Shown in pieces: positions 1 through 12,611 of a DNA stretch of 64,000 nucleotides (the first letter of the stretch is position 1; each line of letters begins with the position of its first letter). The position numbers were made by a program, and so were the translations under genes. This DNA comes from the human T2T-CHM13v2.0 reference genome, Homo sapiens. Location: assembly GCF_009914755.1 (NCBI RefSeq), contig NC_060947.1. One strand, 5' to 3'. The notes beneath the pieces are model-generated. The model was given only the letters and a program-made list of their open reading frames with translations, ran no database searches and was not told where the DNA came from.

Positions 1-1065
1 GGGCATTGTCCTAGACAAAGAATTCATGACTAAGACCCCAAAAGACCCCAAAAGCAAAGGCAACAGAAACAAAAATAAATAAATGGGATCTCGTAAAATT
101 AAAAAGATTCTGCACAACAAAAGAAATAATTTTGAGTAAAGAGACAAACCACAGAATGTGAGAAAATATTTGCAAACTATGCATTCAACAAAAGACCAGT
201 ATCTGAATCTATGAGGAACGCAAACAAATCAGCAAGAAAAAAAAAACAAATAATCCCATCAAAAAGTGGGCAAAGGACATGAATGGACATTTATCAAAAG
301 AAGACAATCAACCAACAAACATTTGAAAAAAATGTTCAACGTCACTAATCATCAGGGAAATGCAAATTAAAACCACAATGAGATACCACCTTACTCCTGC
401 AAGAATGGGCATAATTAAAACGTCAAAAAACAATAGATGTTGGCATGGATGTGGTGAAAAGGGAAGACTTTTTCACTGCTGGTAGGAATGTAAATTAGTA
501 CAAACTCTATGGAAAACAGTATGGAGATTCCTTAAAGAACTAAAAGTAGATCTACCATTCCATGCAGCAATCCCACTACTGGGTATCTGCTTAAAGAAAA
601 CAAAGTCATTATATGAAAAAGACACATGGATACATATGTTTATTGCAGCCCAATTCACAATTGCAAAGGTACAGAACCAACTTAAGTGCCCATCAAACAC
701 CATGGACTACTACTCGGCTATAAAAAAGGAATGAAGTTATGTCTTTTGCAGCAACTTGGATAGAGCTAGAAGCCATTATTCTAAGTGAAGTAACTGAGGA
801 ATGGAAAACGAAATACCATTTTTCTCACTTATAAGTGAGAGCTAAGCTATGAGGACACAAAGGCATACAGTGTGATATAATGGACTTTGGAGACTCAAAG
901 CGGGGAGGATGAGAGGAGGGTGTGGGGTAAGAAACTACATATTGGGTACAATGTACACTACTCAGGTGATGGGTGCTCTAAAACCTCAGAATTCCACCAC
1001 TATATAATTCATGCATGTAACCAAAAACCACTTGTACCGCAAAAGTTGTTGAAATAATAAAATAT
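1..1065 (+). mobile_element. LINE-1 3' end (ORF2 C-terminus and 3' UTR, L1PB-like), degenerate
   Basis: Typical L1 motifs (atgcaaattaaaaccacaatgagataccac, gcaatcccactactgggtat) ending in an A-rich tail. Confidence 0.9.
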
Positions 1066-1089
1066 TTTTTAAAAATTCCTTTCCTCGGA

Positions 1090-1266
1090 GGATTTAGGTG
1101 AAGGGAGAGCCTCAGGAAGAATAGCTAATGCATGCTGGGCTTAATACCTAGGTGTTGGGTAGATCCATGCAGCAAACCATTATAGCACACATTCACCTAT
1201 GCAACAAACCTGCACATCCTGCACAGGTACCTTGGAACTTGAAATAAAAGCTGAAGAAATAAAAAA
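1090..1266 (+). mobile_element. Short L1PA (old subfamily) 3' UTR fragment
   Basis: ggaagaatagctaatgcatgctgggcttaatacctagg...aacctgcacatcctgcac...gaaataaaag. Confidence 0.8.
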
Positions 1267-1517
1267 CCACTATATGTTCTCAACAGCTGAATGAACTAAC
1301 TTCAGACAGAATAATACATACATCAGCAGCATGAAATTTTTCAGTGACCTCCCCTGTTCTTTCAACATGGACTTATTATTACATAGTGGAGCACTTTTGA
1401 TTCTGGAAAATCACTTTTCAAACTAATGGTACTTGCTACAGAAAATACCTTACAAATACCTTTTAATTTAGCACTTGAGAAAGTACAAATGTGTACTTCA
1501 GCTATCTTTCTTAGCTG

Positions 1518-1800
1518 GTGCTATGATCTGGTGGTTAGGGCATGAGGGCCTAAACACAAATGAGATTAGTGCCTTTATAAAAGAGGCCCATGGGAGACTG
1601 TTTTCCCTTTCCATCCAGTGAGGACACAGCAAGAAGTCTCCATCTATGAACCGGGAAAATGGTCCTCACCAGACACTGAAGCTTGTTGGCACCTTCATCT
1701 TGGACTTCCCAGCTTCCAGAACTGTAAGAAATAAATTTTGTTGTTTATAAGCCACCCAGGCCATGGGATTTTATTCAGTATCCCGGATGAACTAAAATAG
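1518..1800 (+). mobile_element. MaLR LTR (MLT1A/MST-like)
   Basis: cttggacttcccagcttccagaactgtaagaaataaatt...gtttataagccaccca, the MaLR 3' signature. Confidence 0.8.
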
Positions 1801-2569
1801 CTGGTATCATATTGTGAGCAATATTTTGCCTTAAACATCTTTTTTGCTTCATTAGTTTCAAATTCTAATTACCCACAGCGAACGTGAGTTGCAGACCAAG
1901 TTTCTTCAAAATCAGCAGCTCAGGCAATTGTTCAACGTAAGATATTTTGTTAAAACCGCAAGAATTTTATCTGTACCTTAAATGATCAGATAGCATAGCC
2001 TAATTTTCTGACCAGTGGAGGAAATCAATGAAAAGCATTTCATTCATGCTTATACATCTTCCTTTATAGATAAAAGGTTTTAACTCTTTCTGGACACTAT
2101 GGGAACATTTACTGAGCCCTTACTTGTTTGCTGTAGGATAGTATAGTGAATACAGCTCTAAAGTAAAGGACTGGCTTGTAGTCCCCTCTAATACTGACTT
2201 ACTAGGTAATTCTCCCAGTCACATAATTTTGCTGTTTTCCAACTTCCTCCTCAATTGCTATGTTATATATAAGTTTCCCAGAACAGTTTAAATCTTACAG
2301 CTCACTCTTCCAACTACTTTACTTAACTGTAAGATAGAGTGCTCATGGAGATGACCAAAGCCTGGAATATTCTTGGGCATTCTACAAAAGACTGTAGCTC
2401 TCTTTATGATGAGAAAAAAAGGTTTAAATTTTCTGCTTCTCAAAGTATAATCTTTTTGGATTTGACTCTGCTAATTTACCCTTTTTGGGAATGTTCTGCA
2501 TACAATCTACACAATAAGAAGCACCAAGAACGTCCACCTGTTTAGCAGGAGACAACTTCCAACTAACCA

Positions 2570-4405
2570 TCCCTCAATAAATATACAAAAAACTATATGA
2601 AACTCAAAAATAAACCTCATACTTCATGCAAAATTTCACTCGAAATGTGTCATAGGTTTAAATTTTAATGTAAAACTATAAACTTTGAGAAGGTAAAATA
2701 GGAGAAAATCTTCTCCACCAAGAGCTTGGCTGGGAGTTCTCAAACATGACACCATAAACATAATCTACAAAAGGAAAAATTGATAGATTAGACCTCATCA
2801 AAATTAAAATGTTCTGCTTTATGAAAAGCCCTGTGAAGAAGAGGAAAAGACACCCTACATGCTGGGAGAAAATATTTGCAAACTGTTTTTCAGATATGAA
2901 AAAGGTTCATGTCTGAAACCTTGAAAAAGTTTCAAGACATGAAAAAGGCATGATGTCTGGAGTAAAAAACTATCAACAGTCAACCATAAGAAAACAACCA
3001 AATTAAAATATAGGCCAGAAATGAAAGACATTTAACCAAATAAGATCTAAAGATGTCCAATAAGGACACGAAAAGATGTTCAACATCACTAGACAATACG
3101 GGAATGCAAATAGAAACCACAATGACATGTCACAACACACCTATTTGAATGGCTAAAATAAAAAATAGTGATAACACCAAATTCTGGAGAGGATACAAAG
3201 AAACTGCATAACCCATACATTGCTGGTAGGAATGAAAAATGATATAAGAATTCTGGAAAATAATCTGGCAGTTCATTATAAAGCGACATATGCAATTACC
3301 ATATGATCTGGCGATTGCACTCTTGGACATTAATCCCAGAGAAATGAAAACTACATTGAAAAACCTATATATGGATATTTATAGCAGCTTTATTCATAAT
3401 AACCAAAAACTAGAATCAGTCCAGATGCTCTTTAGGGGGAAAATGGATAAAACAACTGTAGCACATCTATACTATGGCATTTATCAGCAATAAAAAAGAA
3501 CAAGCTATTGACACACACAACTTAGTTGGACCTCTGGTTAATTATGCTGAATGCAAAAAGCCAACATTAAAAGTTACATAGTATGTGAATTCATTTATAT
3601 GACATTCTCAAAATGATAAAATTATAAAGAGAGGAATAAATTAGTGGTTTGCCAGGGGATAAGGATTCAGCTGGGAAAAGGAGAGGGGAGGTGTGGCTAT
3701 AAATAGCTAGCACAATGGATCCATGTGGTGATAGAACAGTTTTATATGTTGATATATTGATTGTGGTCTATGCATGTGATAAAACTGCATACAATTACAC
3801 ACACATGAGTGCATGCAATGTAGATGCTCCTCGTTTTATGATGGGGTTACCTCCTCATACACCCATCCTAAGTTGAAAATATCATAAGTCAAAAATGCAT
3901 CTAACCCACCGACCATAACATCTTAACCTAGCCTACCTTAAACATGCTCAAGACACTTACATTAGCCAACAGTTGGGCAAAATTATCTGGCAACACAGTA
4001 CCCTGTAGAGTATTAGTTGTTTACCCTTCTGATAGCATGGCTGGGATAACTGGGAGCTGCAGCTCTCTGCTGCTGCCCAGCATCATGAGAGAATGTAATA
4101 CTGCACATTGCTAACCCAGGAGAAGATCAAAATTCAAAATTCAGTGTATGGTTTATACTGAAGACATATCACTTTCATACCATCATAAAGTCAAAAAATC
4201 ATAACTTCAACTGTAGTAAGTTGGGGATTACCTGTACCGGTGAAATCTAAATAAGTTATGTAGACTGTACCAATGTTGGGTTTTTTTGTTTTATTGTTAT
4301 ATTATGGTTATGCAGGATGTTGTCATTAGAGGAAACTGGATGAAGAATGCTCAGGACCTCTTTTGCATTATTTTGGAAATTTTTGTGAATCTTTATTTAA
4401 AAAAG
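2570..4405 (+). mobile_element. Old L1M (L1MB/MC-type) 3' region, interrupted by MER47
   Basis: Degenerate ORF2 end and 3' UTR motifs (gaaaagatgttcaacatcactag, gcagctttattcataataaccaaaaactag). Confidence 0.8.
3821..4234 (+). mobile_element. MER47/Tigger5-type non-autonomous DNA transposon
   Basis: agatgctcctcg...atggggttac start and aagttggggattacctg end followed by TA; internal cctagcctaccttaaacatgctcaag. Confidence 0.75.
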
Positions 4406-4415
4406 AGTTGCATTT

Positions 4416-7400
4416 TGTATTAGTCAGGGCTGTCTAGAGAGACAGAACTATGTATATATATATATATAGAACAATATAGAACTATATGTATATGTATATA
4501 GAACTATATAGAGAGACAGAAATATATATATATCATAGAAATACATATATATCATAGAAATATATATATATGTATCATATAAATATATATAGGAGTTTAC
4601 TAAGGAGTATGAAACTCCCACAATAGGCCGTCTGCAAGCTGAGGATCAAGGAAAAGAGTCCATGTCCCAAAGTGGAAGAACTTGAAGTCCGATGTTCAAG
4701 GGCAGGAGGTATCCAGCATGGGAGAAAGATGTAGGCTGGGAAGTTAAGCCAGTCTAGCCTTTCATGTCTTTCTGCCTGCTTATATCCTGGCCACACTGAT
4801 AGCTGATTAGATGGTGCCCACCCAAATTAAGGGTGGGTCTGCCTTTCCCAGTTCATGGACTCAAATATTAATTTCCTTTGGCAACATGCTCACAGACACA
4901 CCCAGGATCAATGCTTTGCATCCTTCAATTCAATCAAGTTGGCACTCAATTCAATCAGGTTGACCATCAAGTTGAACCCATACACATCCCCTGAGATCAT
5001 ACATAATTTTCAAATAAAGACAACAATAAGGTCATAATTATGCCTAACGTAATACAACTATCCTTCATACAACCAGAAATGCATCAATCTCCACCCAAAT
5101 GCCATTACACAAAGTTAACAATACTTAAATGCTGATATGAAGTCAAAAAATCGTATTTCACATGATAAAGGAAAAAAGAAATAAAATGAAGATTTTTTTA
5201 GTACAACTGTATACATGCACAAAAATGTTTTTAACAACAGAAGGGGGAAATACTCATGATAATTACATTCCTCATTCCTGAAAATGGTCATGTGGTCATA
5301 GCTGGTATTGATGACTACCTTCTTCTACTACCCATTCTGTATTCCCTTTGCCTTCAGCAAGCACCTCTGCAGGTTGTGGTTTATTTCCTGGTGGAGTGAT
5401 GCAAATCTTCATTCCTGAATGGTCTGGGCCATTTGTAGTCCTGCCTGGTTTGGGCTGTTGTAGTTTCCCATTGACTTTAATCACAGGGCATGGTAATACT
5501 TAGAGATGCCCTAATGGATCTCCTGTATTCCGTGCATACTCTTCCTTACCTCCGTTATAGAGTAGTAGACTGATTTCATCTTGCTACTCCAGGTCAATCA
5601 CCCAAGCCAACACTGTAACTCCCTTCTTAGCCTATTGACTTAAAGGTAGGAGGATCCCAAAGTGTCAAGGTGGCAATCTTAACTTTCAGTTTAATGGAAT
5701 CATTGTTGCATCTCCTTGTGGCGCATTCCTCCCTCTGGAACTAAGACCTCTAGGCTAGCAGAACGTAACGTCGTGGGAACAGGAAGGAAAGATTTTGCTA
5801 GTGGATCACTAAGGGTGATGGTGGGTGGTGCCACTTCTACTTCCACCCCTTGATTCCTGGACCCATGAATCCTGGCTATGAGAGAAACAGTACCATATAT
5901 TGGATGCTGATTCATAGCATACATAGCCTTCTGAAGAACTTCACCCTAAGTGTGCAAAGTATTGTAATCTAGTTCATGTTGTAAGTGTTATTTCAAAAGG
6001 CCATTCCACCATTCTATCAATCCAGCATAAGCCCAGGGGCCTACTGGACCCAATGTAAGTCAGACATGAGCTAAAACTCCATTAATTACCTGACCTCCAT
6101 AAGCCCGTACTTTACCTGGAGGACCACAGTGATGTTTTGGGTCCCCTGGAATCAATGTCAGCTCAGAGCCTGTATCCAGTAGTCCCTGAAATGTCTAATC
6201 ATTTCCCTTTCCTAATGCACAGTTACCTGGGTAAAAGGCCAGAGGTCTCCTCAGAGAAAGATGGGAGAAAGATTAATAGCATAAATTGTCGGTAGTGTAG
6301 TGGGATCCTTCCTTCCCAAATGCCTTCATTCAAGAGATTCTGGGTCTGTAAACTGACTGAACTCTGTTGATTGAGGGGCCATGATTGTCTGTTTTTATAA
6401 CTCAAATTACTCTTTTGTCCATTCAACCTGGAAGTTTTCTGCTTATATAAATTAAGTAGGAATGCAGTAGGCTGCCTATCAATTTCACTTCTACGAACAC
6501 TGTGTTAAATTAGTGAATGCCAGAGCTCTACATGAGTCTGACTATTCTGATTCCTGCTTTGCCTTTGCTGTCCATTAAGGTAGCTACACCAACCTTGCCG
6601 TTGACAGTTGAGTGCCACCACTTGACCCCTGTCACATCAGGATCCAATTATTCCCATTGTATTTAAATTTTGTAGTTGAGTGACTGTGATTCCTACTATT
6701 AGATCTCACATACAGAGAAGAGCAATTACAGGGCTCTTCAGTGATGTACTTGCTGCCCTCACAAACCTATTTTACGAGACATTGGTGAAGGGTGTATCTT
6801 CTGGACCTTCCCAGCTGGGATGAGTAGGTCTAAAATAACTAATCCACTCCACCATCCCAAACTTCATAAGCCTTTGATCCCTTCCTCTACATTAAATGAA
6901 GGTAGATCAGGCATTTCCAGTTCGCTCACAATGGGCCATCTTTTAACCCCTATTTCAGCTAACCAAGCAAATAAACTATTAGTACCTTTTTTAACTCCCC
7001 GAGCTGCAACATTAAATGCAGAATCCTTACTTAGTAAGCCCAAATCAATAAATTCAGCCTGATCCAACTCTGTGTTCCTTCCACTATTATTCCACACCCT
7101 TAATATTCATTCCCATGCCTGTTCTTCAGATTTCTGCTTATATAAATTAGAAAACTCAAGCAGTTATTTTTGAGTGTAATGCACCGCCTCATGGGTCACA
7201 CTCTGAATCTCACCTCTAGGGGCCTGCTGGGACTTTAGTCTAGTTATAGGTCTAGAAGCAAACAGGGGTGTTTAGTCTAGTTATAGGTCTAGAAGCAAAC
7301 AGGGGCAAGATAAAGTTGATGCAGGCAAGAATCAACTTTATCTTGCCTGGCAACTGCCTCAGGGGAAGCCATCACTATTTCCTCAGGCAGCTCAGGGATT

Positions 7401-8598
7401 ATCTCCTCAGACAAAGGTGGAAAGGCTGATGGCAGCATGGGTTGGAGAGTGGATGCTACAACTACTGGAGATGGGGAAGCTGTTTCTTCTGGCAAAAAAA
7501 GTTTCATCAGAGTTTACAAGCTCAGTGTCCTCAGCTTCATCAGGGTCCTCCCACACGTCCCCATTCCAAGATGCAGGGTCCCATTCTTTTCCAATCAATC
7601 CCCTCACTTTAACAGTAGACACCTGGCAAGGCTGTGCATGCACCTTTCATTGTAGGTCAGCCACTCGCATGATAAGAGTTTATGTCTGATTTTCCACAAT
7701 TGCAGCTCTTTCTCTACAGGAGATAAGACTCCACTCAGAGCAATCTTAGAATATTTGAGGCTCAGTATCTGCTTCTGAAGCCAGGAGTTATAATCCCTTA
7801 CTTAATTATTTTCTTTCATCACTTTGTCCACTGAACTTAGGAGCAACCAACCAGCTTCATTATGTTCCTTGGTTCTCCACGTATGGTCAAAGGTATTATG
7901 TATAGAGTCATTAAACTTGCCTCTCACAAGCAGTGAATCAGATATGTCAAATGCACTTATTTTGCATAACTCTCTAAACTGTTCATGCTAAAGACTCTCA
8001 GTGTTCCCCATACTATTAGAAGTAGAGCCCTTAGCATTATGGGGTCTAATCATGTCAAGCAGCCCACTCCAGAAATCCCAAAACCAATGAAAGAACTCCA
8101 TTCTTAATATTCTCTTCCTCTAGAACCAGTTCTGGTACCAAAATCTGTATCAGTCAGAGTCTCTAGAGGGACAGAACTAATAGGATAGATATACATATGT
8201 AAAGAGGAGTTTGTTAAGAAGTATTAAACTCAAACAATCTTATAAAGTCCCACAGTAGGCCATCTGCAAGCTGAGGAGCAAGGGGAAGACAGTCCGAGTC
8301 CTGAAGCTGAAGAACTTGAAGTCTGATGTTTGAGGGCAGGAAGCATCCAGTATGGGAAAAAGATTTAGGCTGGGAGGCTAAGCCAGTCTAGCTTTTTCAC
8401 ATTTACCTGCCTGCTTATATCCTGGCCATGCTGGCAGCTGATTAGATGGTGCCCACCCAGATTAAGAGTAGGTCTGCCTTTCCCAGTTCACTGATTCAAA
8501 TGTTAATCTCCTTTGGCAACATGATCACAGACACACTCATGGTCAACACGTTGCCTCCTTCAATCCAATCAAGTTGACACTCAGCATTAACCATCACC
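4416..8598 (-). mobile_element. HERV-L provirus with two MLT2A LTRs (5' LTR 8146-8598, 3' LTR 4416 to about 4968), pol largely deleted
   Basis: Paired similar LTRs; 5-bp TSD cattt/cactt; decayed gag (LIGKEWDPASWNGDVWEDP), protease (LLDTGSELTLIPG, about 6145-6185), integrase remnant (GLIEWWNGLLK) and dUTPase-like sequence (LRSASLEVLVPEGG). Confidence 0.92.
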
Positions 8599-8917
8599 CA
8601 CTTAGAACATTAAAACATTTCATCATGGAATACAAGGCCCCCCAATACCTGATTCCTACCTTTAAATCACGTGACAGTATTCTCTGCCATGAATAACACT
8701 CCAACAACACTGATGTATTTTTAGTTCTAAAGTACCAGCATTTTCCCACAATAGTTACCTCATATTTGCTCTGCTCTCAGATTAGTACCTTTTTCCTGCT
8801 ACTCCTTCCATGTCTCACTTCTTTTTATTTTTCAAGTTTCCTCTGAGAGATTTTTCCTAGGCACTTTTAAAAAATACTGCTAGTTTTGTTGTATTTTTTT
8901 TTTCAAGATGACTGACT

Positions 8918-9575
8918 AGGGGCATTGGATGCCAGTTTTTCTCAGAAAGAAGATCAAAGGTACTGGTGAATTGGCAAGTTCAGAATATAAAGCTGAGGGA
9001 AGAGTGTTACAAGCTGTTGAAAGCCTATGGGAAGAAGTTGCGATGCCGAAAAGGAAAGCAACAACAGTCTGGCAGAGATCAACCCCCAAAGAACTTGAAG
9101 ACACGTGGAAAGGGTAGGTGGGGCTGCTTCTCTGCTCCCCTCACCCCTATGACAGTCTGATGACCACCAAACTGTTGGAGAGCCCCTGTGCCCTTGTGAC
9201 CATGGACAACACTGTCAGTGGCAATTTGGAAACTTCCTGCAGACAGAGAACTGGGTGGACAGCTCATGCAAGCACGCCCATACTTCCCTCAGACCTGTAC
9301 TGAGATGGAAGGTATCATACTGGCTGTGCACTCATGGTGGGCCACTGCTCTGCCCCGGGATTCTCTGCCCTTGAATCACCATACCACCAGATCGCCTACA
9401 AATATGCCCCACAAGCCAGTCTGACTCTGGCAAGCACAGGGGACCAACAGTTCCCTGAGGAGTTGCAGGTCCCCCTGGAGATCTAGTTTTAGGTAGGGGC
9501 CACCCATAAGGGAGAGTAGCACAGCCCACCAAAGTCCCCCTTGGGACAAAGGAAACACAGGTGTGGCACCAGTCT
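8918..9575 (+). mobile_element. Probable old L1 5' UTR fragment
   Basis: GC-richer segment resembling L1M 5' ends (ccccttgggacaaaggaaacacagg). Family assignment is tentative. Confidence 0.4.
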
Positions 9576-9579
9576 CAAG

Positions 9580-11032
9580 AGGAGAGGAATTTACCCAACT
9601 TACAAGTATTTGAGGATAAAAACCCATGGCTGGGCTCGGCTTTAAAAAAGTCTTATTTGAGATTCCTTTTACAGAACAAAGTTCCATCAAAGTCAATTTT
9701 AAAAAGCCTATATGAAGGCTGGGCATGGTGGCTCATGTCTATAATCCCAGCACTTTGGGAGGTCAAGGTGAGCAGATCACCTGAGGTCAGGAGTTAGAGA
9801 CCAGGCTGGCCAATATGGTGAAACCATGACTCTACTAAAAACACAAAATTAACAGGGCATGTTGGCACATGACTGTAATCCCAGCTACTTGGGAGGCTGA
9901 AGCAGGAGAATTGCTTGAACCTGAAAGGCAGAGGTTGCAGTGAGCTGAGATTGTGCCATTTCACTTCAGCCTGGGTAAAAAGAGCAAAATTCTGCCTCAA
10001 AAAAAATTTTTTTTGAAGCCTATATGAAAAACAATTATTCTTGCTGCACTTTATACAAATAATCAGGCCAAGCATAATATAGCAAATCAGTCTTATCACG
10101 ATTTGTCTTTAGTAAAATTCAGTGACTGGAGAGAGAAAAAAATTATGTTCAAAAACTATGGTACACCTGGTATTAGACTCTATTCTTATCAGTTGTTTTT
10201 AAGGTTTTTTTTCTGCAACTTTGACTATTTATTCTTGTGAACCAATCAGTGATCTCTGCAGCTCAGAAGAAACAAGAGGGATGGATAATGTAAAAATCCA
10301 GATCAGTATTCTAATCCTGGACATGTATTATAATCAGATAGCAATCCCATATCAGCTTGGTTCCAACAATTGCCCAATTCATGGAAAGCCTTTTTACTTG
10401 GGCTAATTTTACTTATTTTGCTTTATTGTTGTGAAATATATTGCTGTTGTACTCTTTGTGTAGGAATGCAGGATAAGCTTACTCAATGTTTTCTTACATT
10501 GAACACTTATTAATCTTTCAGATATCACCTTTTGTCGGAACTCAGATTTATGAATGGCCCTCACCATACTGACTCTTTCTGACTGAGCTCCTCTCTACCC
10601 CAAATACAAGAGATCCTAATAGTTAGGCAGAAATATCATCACCCCTACTCAGCCTGAAGAAGTTGCAGACGAGGGATCTTCATCCCTCTACAACCCTCAG
10701 GATTGAGGTTTCCCTTGTAAAAGGGAGGGGGAAATATGTCAGAGGTATTTTAACCAGAGTGACTCCATCTTGAATAGGGACTGGGAAAAATAGGGCTGAG
10801 ACCTACTGGGCTGCATTCCAAGGAGGTTAGGCATTCTTAGTCACAGGATGAGATAGGAGGCCAGCACAAGATACAGGTCACAAAGACTTTGCGGATAAAA
10901 CAGGTTGCAATAAAGAAGCTGACCAAAACCTGCCAAAACCAAGATGGCGACGAAAGTAACGTCTGGTTATCCTCACTGCTCATTATACACTGATTATAAT
11001 GCGTTAGCATGCTCAGAGACATTCCCACCAGC
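9580..11032 (+). mobile_element. ERV1 MER41-type internal 3' region plus 5' half of a MER41B LTR (10737-11032)
   Basis: Polypurine tract aaagggagggggaaa precedes tgtcagagg...actccatcttgaatagg; MER41B-type segment cattatacactgattataatgcgttagcatgct; truncated at 11032. Confidence 0.85.
9717..10015 (+). mobile_element. AluS
   Basis: Full dimeric Alu; TSD aagcctatatgaa. Confidence 0.95.
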
Positions 11033-11570
11033 AGTTTTTTCCTCTATTCTAATGTCACAATCTCCAAAGTGATTAGAAACCTGCATTCAAGAACACCTGT
11101 TAGAATTGTATAGCTGGCGATAAAACCACCTTCTAAAGAGGCCCAAAACAAGACAACAATTGTCCATGGATGACAAACAGTTTTAGTTAGGACAGCCACT
11201 ATTAAAGCCACAATTGACAGGGAAATTTTTGTTACTTCTGTGGCATACAACAATTTTACGTAACAATTATAGCCATTGACAGCATACACTAAGTCATATG
11301 GGTTTTATACCAAATAAACCAAATGATGTTATTTTTGGACTTTAGGGGACCTAATGTCTAAAAGATTAATTAGGTCAGAAAAAGACATAATTTATTACTT
11401 AATTTTGGAAAGTTTGCCAGATATCAAATCCCAGGTTACCAGCGTAAGTCACCCATTTAGCCAAAATAACTAAAAAATTTTAAAAAGGCAAAAACCTTTA
11501 CTCATTAATTGAGGGAAGGCTTAGCTTTCCAAACAATTTGTCTCTTTTCTTCCCTTTCTTTTTCCTGTGC
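11033..11570 (-). mobile_element. ERV1 (MER4/MER41-group) internal fragment, opposite orientation
   Basis: Minus strand reads tgcaggtttctaatcactttggagattgtgacattagaatagaggaaaaaac, typical of MER4-group internal sequence. Confidence 0.65.
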
Positions 11571-12030
11571 TGCTTTTTGTAGCCATGTACTGAACATATG
11601 AGCCAAAACACTATCTCCTGCAGGGCGTGGAGATAATGGTGTGGAGGTCTCAGGAAGCTTACCTTGTGCATTAGCACTATGCCCTCCTGGAAGCAGGTTA
11701 TTTGGTGGTGCATTTCAGGCTTCATTCCAGTACGTGGCTCTTAAGAGTAAGAGCCAGCTTTTCCTCAGGTAGGCTAATTAATGGAAACACCTGCCCTGAT
11801 GGGGGGTGGGGCAGGTGGTGGTGGTAGGGAGATTATGTCAGGGTGTGCTGAGGTCTCAGTTTTAGGGGCAGGAAGATGGGAGTGCACCAGCTCTTCATCC
11901 TGAGCAGGCAGGAAAGTGATCTTCCTATCATGCCACTGTTCCAGGGCTCATGATCTTCAGTTTGAATAGACTTTGTCTTTGGCTTCTGGCCTAAGGATAT
12001 GAGGCACAGATAGACCCCTCTGGCAGCTAC

Positions 12031-12611
12031 TGTTACCAGTGGTGAACCCATATGGGTCTGCAGCAACCTCAATTCTTGCCTCCTCAGAAGAAAGAATTTG
12101 ACTGAAGGGCATAAGGCTGAAGAAGAGACTGAGGCAAGTTTTAGAGCAGGAATGAACATTTATTAAAAAGCTTTAGAGCAGGAATGAAAGGAAAGTAAAG
12201 CACACTTGGAAGAGGGCCAAGCAGCCAACTTGGAGGTCAAGTGCCCTGTTTGGCCTTGGACTTAGGATTTTCTGTGCTGGCTTACTTCTGGTGTCTTGCA
12301 TCCTTTTCTGGTGGAATACCCCTGGACGTGATATACCAGTTAAATTCTGCCATTTTGCTTTTAATGTGCATGTGTAAGCCCACGCGCCCAACTCCTGAAG
12401 ATCTTATCAAAAGGGGCTGATCACCAGCTTCATGTGTTTCCTATCTATAGCGAGACTGCCTTTCCCCGGTGCTGGCTATGACCAATTATTATTTTAGAGG
12501 GACAGTTAACAACTGCCTGACCATCAGCTGATGGTCACCTGACTTTTCTGGCGGGGTGAAGAGGGAGCCCTCTCTTGCCTTCTCATGCCTGACTAGCTAC
12601 CTACTGTAACA
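12031..12611 (-). mobile_element. MER31-type solo LTR (ERV1)
   Basis: tgttaccagtggtgaaccc...ctgcagcaacctcaattcttgcctcctcagaagaaagaatttgactga...ctacctactgtaaca; TG..CA ends; TSD ctac/ctat. Confidence 0.8.

Noticed and set aside
4445-4592. TA-rich repeats with recurring AGAA(C/A)TATAT units as an array or CRISPR-like structure
   Set aside because: This is the microsatellite-prone segment of the MLT2A LTR; there are no unique spacers and the context is eukaryotic.
5296-7689. Cluster of short ORFs as functional retroviral proteins
   Set aside because: These are fragments of HERV-L gag, integrase and dUTPase broken by stops and frameshifts, and RT is deleted.
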